64,000 nt of DNA from Octopus vulgaris (GCA_951406725.2 OX597815.1:94860001-94924000), one strand, 5' to 3'; positions 14,668 through 30,061 are shown, numbered from the stretch's first letter. Translations and numbers: made by a program. Notes: generated from the sequence alone by a model not told the origin.

Positions 14668-15413
14668 TCTTCTTCTTCTTCTTCTTCTTCTTCTTCTTCT
14701 TCTTCTTCTTCTTCTTCTTCTTCTTCTTCTTCTTCTTCTTCTTCTTCTTCTTCTTCTTCTTCTTCTTCTTCTTCTTCTTCTTCTTCTTCTTCTTCTTCTT
14801 CTTCTCCTTCTTCTTCTTCTCCTTCTTCTTCTTCTTCTTCTTCTTCTTCTTCTCCTTCTTCTCCTTCTCCTTCTCCTTCTCCTACTTCTCCTTCTCCTCC
14901 TTCTCCTTCTCCTTCTTCTTCTCCTTCTCCTTTCCTTCTTCTTCTTCTTCTTCTTCTTCTTCTTCTTCTTCTCCTCCTCCTTCTCATTCTCATTCTCCTT
15001 CTTCTCCTTCTTCTTCTTCTTCTTCTCCTTCTTCTTCTTCTTCTTCTTCTCCTTCTCCTCCTTCTCCTTCTCCTCCTTCTCCTTCTCCTCCTCCTTCTCC
15101 TTCTCCTTCTTCTTCTCCTTCTTCTTCTTCTTCTTCTTCTTCTTCTTCTTCTTCTTCTCCTCCTCCTTCTCATTCTCATTCTCCTTCTTCTCCTTCTTCT
15201 TCTTCTTCTTCTTCTTCTTCTTCTTCTTCTTCTTCTTCTTCTTCTTCTTCTTCTTCTTCTTCTTCTCCTCCTTCTCCTTCTCCTTTTCATTCTCCTTCTT
15301 CTTCTCCTTCTTCTTCTTCTTCTTCTTCTTCTCTTCTTCTTCTTCTTCTTCTTCTTCTTCTCCTTCTTCTTCTTCTTCTTCTTCTCCTTCTTCTTCTTCT
15401 TCTTCTTCTTCCT
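14668..15413. repeat. ~745-bp (CTT)n/(CTC)n pyrimidine tract
   Basis: Almost purely C/T; the variant block CTCATTCTCATTCTCC occurs twice (~14983, ~15169). Confidence 0.97.
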
Positions 15414-15448
15414 CAAAATTTCAAGCCTTCTGCCTATAGTAGAAAGAT

Positions 15449-15466
15449 AATAACAACAACAACAAC

Positions 15467-15532
<66 letters not shown>
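15449..15532. repeat. (CAA)n/(TAA)n tract 5' of the R4/Dong insertion
   Basis: Read directly. Confidence 0.95.
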
Positions 15533-15533
<1 letters not shown>

Positions 15534-17553
15534 TCAACTAATGATTAATAAAGCCATAACTGAAGACAGCCACAGAAAGAAGAAAGGCCTCAGTATGGCC
15601 TGGATCGACTACAAAAAGGCGTTTGATAGCACCCCCCACACATGGATCCTCGAAACACTAGCCATTAACAAAGTAGCACCAACAATCATAAAATTCATAG
15701 GGCACTCTATGAATAAATGGCAAACAGTGCTACAGCTCCAAGCAAAAGAGAGATTTATGAAAACCAAAGACATCCTCATTAGAAGAGGAATATTCCAGGG
15801 AGACACGCTCTCTCCACTCCTTTTCTGCTTGACCCTGTCACCCCTATCTGATATGCTAAATAGAACTGGATGCGGATATAAATGTTACAGCAAAACGATC
15901 AGCCACCTTTTATATATGGATGACCTAAAACTATACGCTGCAAATGACAAACAGCTGGAAACACTATTAAAGACAGTTCATGGATTTACCAAAGAAATAG
16001 ATATGAAATTTGGATTAGAAAAATGCGCCAAAGTAACCATGAAAAGAGGAAAACTAGTTAAGAGTAGCAACATCACACTAGATAAAACCAATGAAATAAA
16101 AGAATTAGAACAAAGCCAAACTTACAAATACTTAGGAATCCATGAACTAGATAAGACACAACACACACAAATGAAAGAGAAAATAAAAAAAGAATATTAT
16201 AGACGAGTTAGATCAATACTAAAAACAGAGCTCAATGCTAAAAACAAGATAATAGGTATTAACACTTTAGCTGTCGCAGTTATAAGTTACAGCTACAATA
16301 TCCTTAACTGGACACTAAATGAACTGACCAAAATAGATAGGAAAACAAGAAAAATAATGACAGGATCTAGGATGCATCACCCAAAATCTGACATAGAAAG
16401 ACTATATATACAACGTATAGAAGGTGGTAGAGGCCTTATACAACTGGAAAACTACTATAAAATAACCACATATCTACTTCCGAAGGAAGGAAAACTGATA
16501 CAAATAGCGGCAAAACACGAGCAAAACAGAAAACTGTTCTCAGTATTTAAGGAAGCTGACAAATACAAACAAGAAATCATACCACCTAATAAATATGAAG
16601 AAGAAGAAGAAGATGAAGAAACAACAAAAGCTATAAAACAAATGAAATCCAAACTAAAAATAGAACAGCAACGAACCATGATAAAACGATGGCAAGAAAA
16701 GCCCCTTCATGGTAAATACTGGACTAAACTAAATGCAAAAGAAATAGACAAAGAAAAATCCCAGCAATGGTTGAGAAGCTCAGGGCTCAAAGCAGAAACA
16801 GAGGGATTTTTAATTGCAGCACAAGGCCAAAGCCTCCCCACCAGAAATTACCAAAAACATGTAATGAAAAGAAATATAACAAGTAACTGCAGAATATGTA
16901 GAGATGGACAAGAAACAATAAATCATATTATCTCTAGCTGCCCAGTCCTGGCTAAGAAGGAATATATTCACAGACATGACAGAGTTGGAACCTACATACA
17001 TTGGAAGCTATGCCAACATTATGGAATAACAACAGAAAAAAGATGGTATAGGCACACACCAGAAAAGGTCACAGAAAACGAGAAAGCAACCATACTCTGG
17101 GATATGCCGATACACACAGATAGAGAAATTAAGGCCAACAGACCAAATATAGTTGTCAAAGATCACGAAGGAAAAAAATGCTTTCTAATTGATGTATCAA
17201 TACCGGCTGATGACAACGTGTCTCTAAAAGAAATGGAGAAACTCTCAAAATACAAAGACCTGGAAATAGAGGTAACCAGAATGTGGAATCTAAAAACAAA
17301 CAATTCCTATCATAGTAGGTGCATTAGGCATGATAAAAAAATATTCAGACAAATACATAACAAAAACACCAGGACTTACAAACACATATAACATACAGAA
17401 AATTGCACTACTAGGTACTGCACACATCCTACGCAGAACATTTTCCATACAATAACCATCAGAGCATCACAACAAATCACAGCACATACCCAAGACACAC
17501 TGAGCTGCGCTCGGTAGTGAAGTGAAAGCACGCTATAAAAATAAAACTACTGA
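15533..17553 (+). mobile_element. R4/Dong-clade non-LTR retrotransposon, 5'-truncated, relatively young
   Basis: Long RT ORF plus a short 3' UTR ending in (TAA)n; TAA repeats on both sides. Confidence 0.92.
15541..17455 (+). pseudogene. Reverse transcriptase + CCHC zinc knuckle + restriction-like endonuclease (truncated, frameshift ~17300)
   Basis: WIDYKKAFDS, RGIFQGDTLSP, HLLYMDDLK, YKYLG, GGRGL, CRICRDGQETINHIISSC, RHD and RPNIVV..IDVSIP (PD to PN). An alternative frame continues TIPIIVGALG...TAHILRRTFSIQ* to 17455. Confidence 0.93.
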
Positions 17554-17703
<150 letters not shown>

Positions 17704-20700
17704 GCCTTTGACAGCTTCTAACGCTGGAGATGTACTACAGTGTCAGCTGTTCACTACCAGTGATCTAAGGTAACACCTCTTATTTTTCGAGTACCTTGCA
17801 GAGTATTCGAGCGGTTCCAAGCAGTGCTGTTTTTTGCAAGTGTTCCACCCTTATTGCAGACCCTATTTATTCCATGTACTTCTCGAGATTTTTTATTAAC
17901 TGTTCCCTGGGTTCCGACACTTATTGGTACCACTACCACCTTTTTCATCGACCACAACTGCTTAACCTCCCAACCTAACCAGTCATATCTCTCGACATTT
18001 CTTTCTACTTTATCGGATACCTTGTTGTCAGCGGGGCATGCTATATCTATGATCCAGCATAGTTTGCTTTCTTTCACAATGAAAACTTCCTATTCTCTAT
18101 CTCATTTTCTCACTGAATCAATAAATCCTACAGGATTTTGCATTATTATTTTCGAAGATTCCTGCGGGTTTGTGGTCGTACCAATTTTTTACTCTGTCAA
18201 GTCCATACTTGTTGCAAAGTGTCCAATGCTCCAACCTGGCTATATTGTCGTAGCGTCTCTTATATTCCTTCTGGGCTAGTGGCGTACGTTAGGTGGTAAT
18301 ATACTATACGGTTTCACTATTTTGTCCACAGATTCTGCACTTACGACTTTCTGATATGTTGTCTATTCTGTATTTTATGTAGTTTGTTCTTGATGCTTGC
18401 TCTTAGGCAGCAGAGATTAGAGCCTCCATTTCCGGTTTTAAAACACTTTTATTCATCCTCACCCATCTTCTTTCTCTGTCTCCCTTATCTTCAACATCTC
18501 TATGAAATTGTCCATTCTTTTCTTTACCCACCTATTTTCAGTTTTATTCGTTTTCAATTGCTTGTACAGAGCTTTATCTTTGCAATCTTTCATCCAACAC
18601 AGCTATGACCTTACTTCTAATAATAGCGGTTCTGTGGCATTTTTACATATCGGGCTAAGTTATTTTCTTCTGCTCTAATGCTGTGTTCACATCCAGTAAG
18701 TCCTCTTCCCCCTCTTTTTCTTGCTACTTACAGTCTGTCTGTGTCACATATCTAGTTAGCAACTTCCTTGTCTTTCTGTCTAAGTTGTTTAGTTCATCTA
18801 CTGTCCATGCAATTACCCCTGCTCCATACCTAAGGAGTGAAACCGCCCAGGTGTTGATAGCTTCAATCTTATTCCGTCTGTTACTTTTCGACTTTTCGAT
18901 CAGTCACAGTCTGCGTAAGTACTCCACCTTAAATTTTTCTGTCATTTCTTTCTCCATCAATTTATCCATTTCCAAAAGTCCCAATTACTTATAGCCCGTC
19001 TCTTCTATCTGCTATATAACCTACCACGACGATATTGATAGCCTGTCCGTTCATTTGATCTTGTCTCTATTCAAGACTAACACTCCACACTTTCTCAGTC
19101 CGGACTCCATTCTGATATCAGCACTGAAAGCATTCACCGTATCAATGGGGGAACTGACTTGGGCTTCATTTATACCATATAAAGTTTGAGGTCATCCATG
19201 AATAACAAATGGTTGACTGTTGGTTGGCGGCTTTTGAATACATACCCAGTTTTTACTTTCCTCAGAATCAGTGTTAGTGGTATCAAGCACATTACAAAGA
19301 TCAGTGGAAGATGCCCCTCCTGATTTCCACTGTCCCTAAACTTCTTCCGTATGCTGTCAAGTTCGTCCTCCAATTTGTCATACTTTTTCCAAGCAATCGC
19401 TCAACATTCGATGCAATAACAAATAGGTTCATACATTCCTTTATCCAAGAGTGTGGGATCATATCGTACGCCTTACGATAGTCGATCCATGACAAGGCTA
19501 AATTACTTTTCTTCCTCTTGCAGTAGTCTCTAAGTACAGTTTTGTTTATCAGGAGTTGATCCTTGGTACCTCGGATATCGGCCTGTAATTGTCTACCGTA
19601 TTGCCTCTTTCGATGTTTTTCAAGCACAGCACTGTTCTACCCAATGTCAACCACTCTGGTGTTAACTGGTCGGCATTTCACAAGGTGTTGAGTTGCGCAC
19701 CTATTCTTGCATAACATTCACCAAATCTTTTGATCCAGTAGCCTTGAACTCTATCTGGTCCCAGGACCTTCCAGTTTCTCATATTTTTGCTGATTTTCTT
19801 CACTTCCGTAACTGAAATGTTTAGTTCTGCCTGTTTTGGACAGGCTACTGTTAGTTTCAGATCTTGTAACCATTCAGCATCCTTCTTGTGCTCCTTGTCT
19901 TTGCTACAGATGTCACTCCAAAACCTTTGAATTTCAATGTTAACTGTTATCAATTTTTCATTTGTAAACTCTCCATTTCTTTCTTTATAGAATCACTTCT
20001 GATCTACTCTGAATAACCTATTCTGCTGGTAACCCTTCATTCTTTGATCGTATCTTACCCACTTTGCTTTCTTTGCAACAAGGCGCTGTTTCAGTTTCTC
20101 CATTACTTCTTTCAGACCCTTTCTTTCCATATTACACTTTCTTTTCAGCGCCCTGTATTTTTGTTCGCTTTTAAGCTCCCCTTTCTCTTTTCGGTCTAAC
20201 ACAGAGATTTCCTTCGAGAGCATGTCTAACCCTGCTTGGATTCTTCTTTTCCACCATGGATTTTTTCTTTTGTCACTCCCATTATATTTCTTTTTCTTGA
20301 CATTAGCTCCCATGTTTTCTGCTACAAAAATACTTGCTGCCTTGATCAAATTATTTGTTTCTGTGATGTTGTTTGTTCTGATGTATTTCAGAATTTCATT
20401 GACATTTTCGTTTCTTGGTTCAATTTCGACCGATCAACCTGTTTAAGGTTGCAAATGATGTTATCGTTCTCCTGTAATCTTGCCTTTATTCTGTCGTAGA
20501 TTGCCTGTTGTTCATCTGTCATGTCGCTATTAGTTTTATTGTCTTCTTTTAGATCCTCTATAAGTCTCTCATGAAGTAAACTACCACTACTCCTCTCCTG
20601 TGCTATGAGATTACTCTTTTTAGTAAGAACTGTATTTTCATTGTTATCTCTGCCGGTATTTTTCAAGACCCGTATTTTGATAGCTTCAAGCTCTACTTCT

Positions 20701-20714
20701 GTGAAGAAACGATT
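17704..20714 (-). mobile_element. R4/Dong-clade element, long degenerate copy
   Basis: Minus-strand fragments: [64 protein letters not shown]. The 3' end lies in a TAA tract. Confidence 0.9.
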
Positions 20715-20788
20715 CATCATCATCATCATCATCATCATCATCGTCGTCGTCGTCATCATCATCATCATCATCATCACCATCTTCATCG

Positions 20789-20873
<85 letters not shown>

Positions 20874-20888
20874 CATTATTATTATTAA
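20715..20888. repeat. (ATC)n/(ATT)n tract
   Basis: Read directly. Confidence 0.95.
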
Positions 20889-20889
20889 T

Positions 20890-21760
20890 ATATGTTTCAC
20901 TTTGCTTTGTATTTGTACAAGTTGACTCTAAGTCTCACCCAGAAACATCAAGAGACAACAAACTAGAAGTCCAAGTTGGTATTATGCCTAGGGTAACATA
21001 TATTTGGTTTTGCACATAGTATTTTTCTAGACAATATTTAAGAAAATATGAGAAAATTATAAGTTTGTTTTAGAATTTGAGATTACACTGACAGTATTTT
21101 ACGTAGGACATGGGCAGTTTCCATGAGTACTATCTTTTGAATTTCTGCTATTCTGGGGTTTTCCGATATCTGAGCTAGGTATGAATCAGCTCCCTTTGCT
21201 ACCATTCCTAGGATATCTATGACAACAGGTATTGTTTTAGTCTTGAGGTTCCACATTTTGCCAATTTGTATTTCAAGATCTTTATACTTGCTCAGTTTTT
21301 GATAGGTCTTCACAGATAAATTTATCTCGATTGGGTCAATCATACCACTGAGGAGGCATGATTTTTGTCTGAAGTCTTTCAATATAATGTCTGGCCTATT
21401 TGCATCTATCTTTCTGTCAGTTTCATCGGTGAAATTCCAAGGGAGTGAGATGTGATCATTTTCAAGCACTGAAAGTGGTTTATGTTCCTACCAGTTTTTC
21501 TTATGGGACAGGTCCAGGTTTTTGCAAATTACCCACTGAATGTACTGTGCTGCTCTATCATGCCTGCTTAGATACTCTGCAGGCATAAGAAGACTGCACA
21601 TGGAGACATGATCAATGGTTTCGTTTTGTTGTTTACATAAACGGCATGTTGGGTTACTGCTATTCTTTAATATGTTGGCCTAGTAGTTCCTTGCAGGTAG
21701 GCATTGATCTTGGGCTGCTATGATAAACCTTTCTGTTTCTGATTTCAAACCAGAATACTA
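20890..21760 (-). mobile_element. R4/Dong-clade 3' fragment (CCHC + RLE)
   Basis: ORF 21083-21469: ANRPDIILKD..KLSKYKDLEI..TIPVVI..TAHVLRKILS; 3' UTR ends at the ATT tract. Confidence 0.88.
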
Positions 21761-22508
21761 TTTCTGATATTTTTTTTTGTTTTGAGAATATATCTCTGTG
21801 TGTTAGCTAGTTTATTAGGTTTCATTGCTGTGTCCAAATCTTTATCTAAGTTATTTTACCTCCAGATTTTATATGTATATGTTGTGTTTCTGTTCTGTGG
21901 GTAGAGCACTGCAGTAAAATAAGCGTGTAGGATTGTAATATATTCCCCACATGTCCATTTATGCATTTTTGATTTTATTTGTGGGACACGAGGAATAACG
22001 TCCGGCCCTTTATTTTCGTAGGGTTCCGGTCCGTTCATTTCTGGTGTTAAATGGTTTTGCACGTGCAGTTTTGTCGTATTTTTGTGTAACAAGTTTTAAG
22101 TGCGTACTTCCCGTTTGTTATCTTAGGGTTGAAAAATGCCGTTAGTATTTAATTTATTTTTCATTTCGTTTGTGCATGGTGTTTGGGGACGAAAATAGAT
22201 GTTGATTGGATCGTAATGTGGCGAACATGTTTACACATGTTGTGCGTGTGATGGAGATGATACACAGTTAAAATAAATAATTTCTTTTGGAAAATAGAAA
22301 TAAATTTTAATGAGTATTACTTACTCTGATATAAGAGGTGAGCGATCTTCAAAAGATATATGGTAGAAAAGGGTTTCACTTGAAAATTCTAGGTGGAAAG
22401 GGAAGCATAGGTTCCAAGTAATTTTGTCGGAATATGAGTGTGAGTAGTGAGTGTGGTTCGAATGAAGGTACTCATTTCTTTAACATGCACTTGTAGGTCA
22501 GCGGCTGC

Positions 22509-22682
<174 letters not shown>

Positions 22683-22684
22683 TT

Positions 22685-23680
22685 TACTTCTCATAACGTT
22701 CAGCCGTGTTTGTTCTGGTAGTGTGAGAGCGGAGAGCATCCTGCAATCAGAGATTTCACAAGGTCACTTTCCGCACATTATAAGTTTTGATGCTTGTTTG
22801 TTAATTATCGCGGAGACATTCACCATCCCAGTACTAATATCAAAATTCTAGTTGTTTCCAGCAGCGCAGTTTTATGAGCTTGCTCTGTTCTCATGTCAAT
22901 TCTGATTTCTCTGACATATTTCTCGAACTCGGTTGTTAGTGCTTCGAGTACCCCTACAACTACTGGAATGACAGATACTCTCCTCATAGTCCATATTCTT
23001 GCAATTTCAGCGTTTAGTAGTCTGAACTTTTCAATCTTTTCTAGTTGTTTGTCACTTATGCGTGCATTTCCAGGTATTGCAATATCTATGACCTAGGTTT
23101 CCATTTTTTTCTTTATCTACCACAACAGTATCTGGTCTCCGAGCTCCGATTTTGGAGTCACATTAGATTGTATCTTATATTCCTTGTTCTCGGTGATTCC
23201 TTCCGGTTCATATTCGTACCATTTCCGTGCTCTGTCCAGGCCGTACTTTTTACATAGCTTCCAGTGGACGAATTTAGTCACGTTATTGTGTCTCCTGGGC
23301 CAGTTTCCTACACTCCCTCACAATATGTGAGATTGTTTCGCGTCTACTGCTACGCATCCTACAAAGGGGCGATTCGCTACTCTTATCTATTTGGAACTTG
23401 GTGTAATTAGTTCTCAGATCTGGTTTATGGGCGCTACATATCACTGCATCAGTGCATCCTTTCAAATCACTTTTTCTTAGCCATCTCCATGCGTAGATCT
23501 TGTCTTCCTCTTCGATTTTTCTGAGATATTGCCCATGCAGTTGTTTCATTTTCCAGTTGTTTCCTCTTTCTTCTTCATCTTATTTCTTAAACGTTTGTTT
23601 GTGGGTATTGTATTGTTAATTCTAACAGCGGCAACCAAGGATTCACTCTGCTGTTTGATTACCATCCCAGACTGTTCTCG
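22685..23680 (-). mobile_element. R4/Dong-clade 3' fragment
   Basis: KQLHGQYLR..WRWLRKSDLKGCT..SPLCRMRSSRRETISHIVREC; downstream IDIAIP-like RLE; tail abuts the ATT tract. Confidence 0.85.
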
Positions 23681-23689
23681 TTGACAACA

Positions 23690-23780
23690 CAGTGGCCCAA
23701 GATGCCATGCAGCGGGACTAAATCCGGAACCATGTGGATGGGGAGGAAGCTTCTTACCACAGAGCCATGCCTGCGCCTAT
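23690..23780 (-). mobile_element. SINE family A tRNA-like head
   Basis: Reverse complement GGCGCAGGCATGGCTCTGTGGTAAGAAGC...GGATTTAGTCCC. Confidence 0.75.
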
Positions 23781-24736
23781 TTTGCCCAAAGAATTAAATT
23801 ACAATCATTAAAACATTTTTTGAGCAAAATCTCGTCAGAGGAGTAGAAAAGACATACCGTTAGGCTATTTAGATGCTATTCTAACATCTCTATATACATC
23901 GATACACACACACACACATACATATACAAATACACAGGCACACATGTGCACACATGCACACACACGCACATACACAAATACATACACGCACATAGTTATT
24001 TAAGGAATATGACTGAGGAAAATAACTTCCAGTGTTTCTTTCTGATTGCCAAAATACGCCTTAGTGTCTCACGCATAATTTATAGTGATGAAAATGACTT
24101 TGCTTAACAAAGGTTTTAATCCCGGTCGTAGTCTAAAAACCCCAATAGGATTTCCTAAAATGTGAAAGCAATAAGCAAACTCGAGCTTTATTATAAAACC
24201 AACTGACTGCAATTTGGATAATAAACATGATGCAAATGGGACTAGTGCTTGGCTTTGTAAGCCCCAGACGACATCAATAAACATGTTCCAATGTTATTAG
24301 ACTTCCTTATCTAAACCAATTCTTTGTCACTTGTAAGATACTGTAATCAGTGTATATGGAAACAGAGTAGTATTTATTATGATGAATATCAATAGCATGG
24401 TGTAGGCATAGTATCTGAGTGAAGATTTATCTTTTTGCATGTTGTTTTTAGATTTGAAATACTAATATGCGTATTTTTTACAACTAACTGCATGAATAAT
24501 CTTATTTAATCGATGATTTTTCAACACGTTATTTTATGTGAGATCTGACCATATGGTTTCTTAATATGCAGAACACTCTCTTGAGCTACATTTAAAATTA
24601 TTCGCTAGAATAAATAGATGGAAAACATGATCATACTTTTTTTGTAATGAGTAGGAAATTCAGATCCTGACTTTTGAAATATCCTATTATGAAAATAATA
24701 AAAAAAATATGCAAACGTGGTGAAAATAATACATAC

Positions 24737-24737
<1 letters not shown>

Positions 24738-24831
<94 letters not shown>

Positions 24832-24866
24832 CCTATCTATCTATCTTTCTACCTTCCTATCTATCC
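24738..24866. repeat. (TATC)n microsatellite
   Basis: Read directly. Confidence 0.95.
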
Positions 24867-25877
24867 AAATGTTTACATAGTAATATACACATACACGCAT
24901 ATATAACTCTGTCATTAACATCTGATACACAGCTATAACTCAAAAGAATCAGGTGGCTGTATGTAATGATATATATATTTTTTATCATCCGAAAACATCT
25001 ATTAGAGAGGAGAGAGAAATACAGAGTAAGAGTTAGTGTAAGGATGCTTGCATGTATGTTTGTGTATAACTGCGTAATCTGTATGTATTTGGTTTATGTT
25101 TGTATTCATGTGTTATACGCATTTGTTCGTGTTGCTTGTGTTTTTGATCAATCTATTTATTAAATATATTCGCACACATACATGGCTATGGCTCACAAGA
25201 TATCTAGAATACACATTTATGAACACTTGCAATGATATTACAAATGGAATTAGAAAACTGGAATATTAATGCAAAATCTGTTGCTTTTGAAGTATACCAT
25301 GACTTATTCTAAACATTCACTCATGTTACATTCAAAAGGGTAGAGACTGTATAGTTTAATACCGAAAACTGCTGAGCTCTAACCAGAGTCTACCAAGTAG
25401 GTTAGCGTATCCCAAGGATGAACAAAATCTGGTGATAAGTTGCTATAATTCTGGTGAGGACAAAGAAGAAGAGTTGGTGCCACATCCTGGGTAGTCTACT
25501 TTTTATTGAATTATTTTTCAATGAATCAAAAATCTTGCCGCATTAAATTTATTTTGAACAGAGGCAATGAAACGATCATTTAAAGATGAAAGAATTGATC
25601 GAATAGAAAGGTATACTGAATAGCGTATATTCAATTTTGTGATGAGTTAAATTGTCAAGTTCAACAAGAATATACGAAAGAAAACACTCATGGCTAAGTC
25701 AAGTTAATGAACGATATGACGTTCGTCCATATCTCGATATGACGCTCATCAATATGTGTAACTATCCTGGTGTTACTTTACTTACACTTGCATTATTAAT
25801 ATAAAATTTAAAAATCTGTATAAATACAGATCAAGATGAAGTTATATATATGCGCGCGTGTGTGTGTGTGTGTGTGC

Positions 25878-26304
<427 letters not shown>

Positions 26305-28794
26305 TATATATATGGTCTAATTCAAGGATATAACCATTCTTGTCAAATGCTATTGATGTATAGGCTTTGTCAAATGTGACAGCTAAAGGACTAGAGGAGT
26401 AGAGATATGGCAGCTAGATTAAAACAGTGCAATATCCAGGAATTGAATGAGCCCAAATTTCAATCAATGAAAGAATATCCTATACTTTCAATCATTATCA
26501 GTAAACATGCGTGATTCTTATGAATTGTTGCTGGGGCCGGCGATACTGAGTAGGAGAGTTAACTGAATTTTCTGATCTTTCAGAGCTTTTCTGTTATAAG
26601 GCAATATCCCATCATGCATTGCCGTACAAGTACTGATACCAGCATTTGATATATATACCTGACTGGCCTATAGAATAAATCCCCTCTCTCTATATTAAAA
26701 CTTGCAAAATCCTGGCATCAGCGGCAAACCTCAGGTTATACTGATAGTCTCTATCTAAAAAAAAAGGCAAAAAGCAAATGAAAGAATGAAGCGGACGGCT
26801 TTTGTGTGCCGTGTGGAATTTCATCCTCTAAACAAAAATATAGATATCAACCAAGTGCTCAAACACGAAATGAATTGCATTCTGTGGGTTATCAGTGAAC
26901 TCAAGAAGCATTCTCTCTTGATGACCACACATACGAACCCAGAATTGCAGGACTATCAAATCTCTGTAATAACTTTGAAGAGAAATACTCTGCATATCAC
27001 AAGAAAAAGGAAAATGAGATGTAAGTGTAAGTTTCTCTTAACTTGAGAAAGATCGTAAAATTTACATGAAGTGTTATCTCTTTTAGATATGTGTGGTAGT
27101 TACATCACATCACATCTCCAAATTGATGCTTTTGCAATGCAAAGAAGACGATAAAACGGTTAAACTCCCAAGATGTAACAATAAATGTCGATTATGGCGG
27201 CTCTATACTATGGAAGATATCAGCAGCTGCTAGTTACTACCTCCCATCACAACATAATGTTGTTACGAAAACAGTATACAATGCCACGAGTAGAAAAATA
27301 CAACTACACATCTACTGATGATCATTTACATATCAACACAAGTATATAGTTTGTTATTCCTCACAAATCCTCTACCAAGTGCAAATCGTACAGAGCTGGT
27401 ATAGTTATCTCGGACTGTAAAAATATCATGTATAGTCGTAGATGTTAACTTCCGTAAAGATGTGAATCTCTTTCAAAATTTGTGAGTATATTTATGGATA
27501 GCTGATTCAAAACCTACAGCTCACGTCCTATATAAATACCTATTTATATCAACTGGTATTTGTACACTTGATTATGGACATGTTTAAACGATAACAGTTA
27601 AGGATTAGGATTTTCAGGCAGAGAAAGAGGCATTTAACTCGAACTATATAAACACAATCTGTAGGTGGAACAGTGAGAATTTGAAAGCCATCAAAAATTC
27701 AACATTTAATACTTGTCATTGTTGTTATAACAAATTCCCCGTTAATGCTTGTTTCTTTGTTAGAATCAATCTCCTTCCTTCTAGGGATATTCTAATAGAG
27801 ATAATATCGTATATAAATGCATACATACATGCATATATACATGCATACATGTCTACTTACACATATGCAACATGAGAAGCCAACTAATTGCTGTGGAAAA
27901 TTGACACTGAATTTGCGATAAGTGCCATCTCTAACATTAACGCGACAATTATCAACATTGTTATTTCACGATCGTATTCATTGAAACAACACTTCATTCA
28001 CAGTAATAGAATTCTTCGCCTTAGTCGTGAATTTTTCATGCAGAGACTTACGTCAAAAACAACGGAGTTGGACTCGTCGTTATCAACAACACCGGAAAAG
28101 AGCCAAGATAATCAATATGAAGGAATTAAAACGAACATTATTACTTGTAGTTATAGAACAATTGGAATAATGGACTCAATAATGACTTACTTTCCGATAA
28201 CACAGCAGGAAAAGATCTCAGCGTCGCTTATTTGTAGAGACTGAAGCTACACCGGTCAAAACGTATCTAGAGCTAAATTATTTTACAAACACAGTTACGC
28301 TAAGAAGTAGCATTTGTTGAACGCAAAAAAGAGGATTGAGTCTTGTAGTTATATTTTGAAAACTGATGTATACTTGTATTGTGAAATCTGTCAACAATAC
28401 AAATAAGGCTACAAAAAGGAAAATATCTTTAAAGAGATGGACAAACACACCAATAACAAAATGAGCTCATGTTTATGAATAAGCTAGTTTGACATCTACG
28501 TTAGTGTTTCTTAGTAAGGCTAACCATCCAAACTAGGGCGCCAATCCTTGCAACAACAAAGGCGATAGTAAGTGTTCAATGAACTGAAAGATCGCAGACC
28601 GCCACACACGCCGAAAAAATATTCAGATATACACTTTGGGAAATCATTCAAGAATATACATGTGTATGTATGTGTGTAAATGTGTGTGTGCGCGCGCGCT
28701 CCAACACACGAAGAATTCGCCCCTGGAGTCACTCTGTTGCTTCTGCTAAATATTAGTTAAACAATATATATACCCATATTTCCAACTCTATTTT

Positions 28795-28870
<76 letters not shown>

Positions 28871-28883
28871 GCTATCTATCTAT

Positions 28884-29498
28884 TTGTGTGGGACGAGTCC
28901 GCCTGTCGGCCGAGTCTGTCGTGGGTTTTGCACCGCCCCTTCCCTCAACCGGGAAGGCAAGGCAGTCTTCATCGTACTGGTGGCTATGGTGAAAGAATGT
29001 GTGTGGTGGACTCGAGCGAAAGGATTAGAGACAAACACTTACCTCTCTGGCCAATCGCTCATCAACTTTTTGAAGTACCACTTGAAAAGGGAGGTGAGAA
29101 TGGTGAGGCAGGTTTTGTATCATGAAAGTTTCAAAAAAAGGTGGGTGAATGTAGCAAAGATAGTGCGTGCGAGTGACGAAACCACTTTGAGCATGATCCT
29201 GTAAATCGTAAAAGAGAGAGAGAGAGAGAGCACTTTGCTCTCAAGTGTTTATTTCCTCCCTGCCTGAGGTTACCGTTGTCTTTTCTGTAGGCTTTTCTTC
29301 CCACGGATGAACCTAATCTTGTTTGTTACTTTGAAAATAGAATATTTTTTTCTTTCTGTGATACACGATCCCTTTTGATCGAAATTTTACATTTGTTTAC
29401 TTTTTTCTTCTATTTCCTTTTCCATTTGCGAAAAGAAAAGCTCTACATTTGTAATTGTCCCCTCTGTGTCCAGCCCTGTGTGGCCAATAAAGAAAGTT
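28884..29498 (+). mobile_element. L1/Tx1-like LINE 3' fragment inserted in (TATC)n
   Basis: ORF end AMVKECVWWTR..ESFKKRW, T-rich 3' UTR and AATAAA; TATC repeats on both sides (28797-28883, 29499-29510). Confidence 0.6.
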
Positions 29499-29756
29499 AT
29501 CTATCTATCTATAAAAGAACATTCCTCGCTTTTGGCAAACTAGCGCTAGTTTACTTTTCCCGTCCATGATATCATTGCGCTCACCTTTTCAGGCTCGATG
29601 AATAAAAGTACTAGAGATGTATGTGAGTCATTTTAATCGATTAAAACTCTTTCTGGTACCTAAAATTAGTAAAATTATAAAATTATGATATATCTCTTGG
29701 TATGCTTTCCTATATGTGTGTGTATATATACACATGCTTTCGTATATATGTATATA

Positions 29757-29999
29757 GGAGTGGCTGTGTGGTAAGTAGCTTGCTTACCAACCACATAGTT
29801 CCGGGTTCAGTCCCACAGCGTGGCAAATTGGGCAAGTGTCTTCGAGCCGACCCCGTAATTTAGCAGTTCGGCAAAAAGAGACCGATAGCCTAACTACTAT
29901 GCTTATAAGGAAAAAACCCTGGGGTCGTTTTGTTCGACTAAAGGTGGTGCGTCCACATGGCCGCAGTCAAATGATTGAAACAAATAAAAGAACAAAAGA

Positions 30000-30000
<1 letters not shown>
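29757..30000 (+). mobile_element. SINE family A, internally deleted
   Basis: tRNA-like head plus tail GGGGTCG..CGACTAAAGGTGGTG..CATGGCCGCAGTCAAATGA. Confidence 0.8.

Positions 30001-30061
<61 letters not shown>

Noticed and set aside
14567-15450. 260-290 aa poly-L/S/F/R/E ORFs
   Set aside because: Translations of the CTT repeat; no evidence of coding function.
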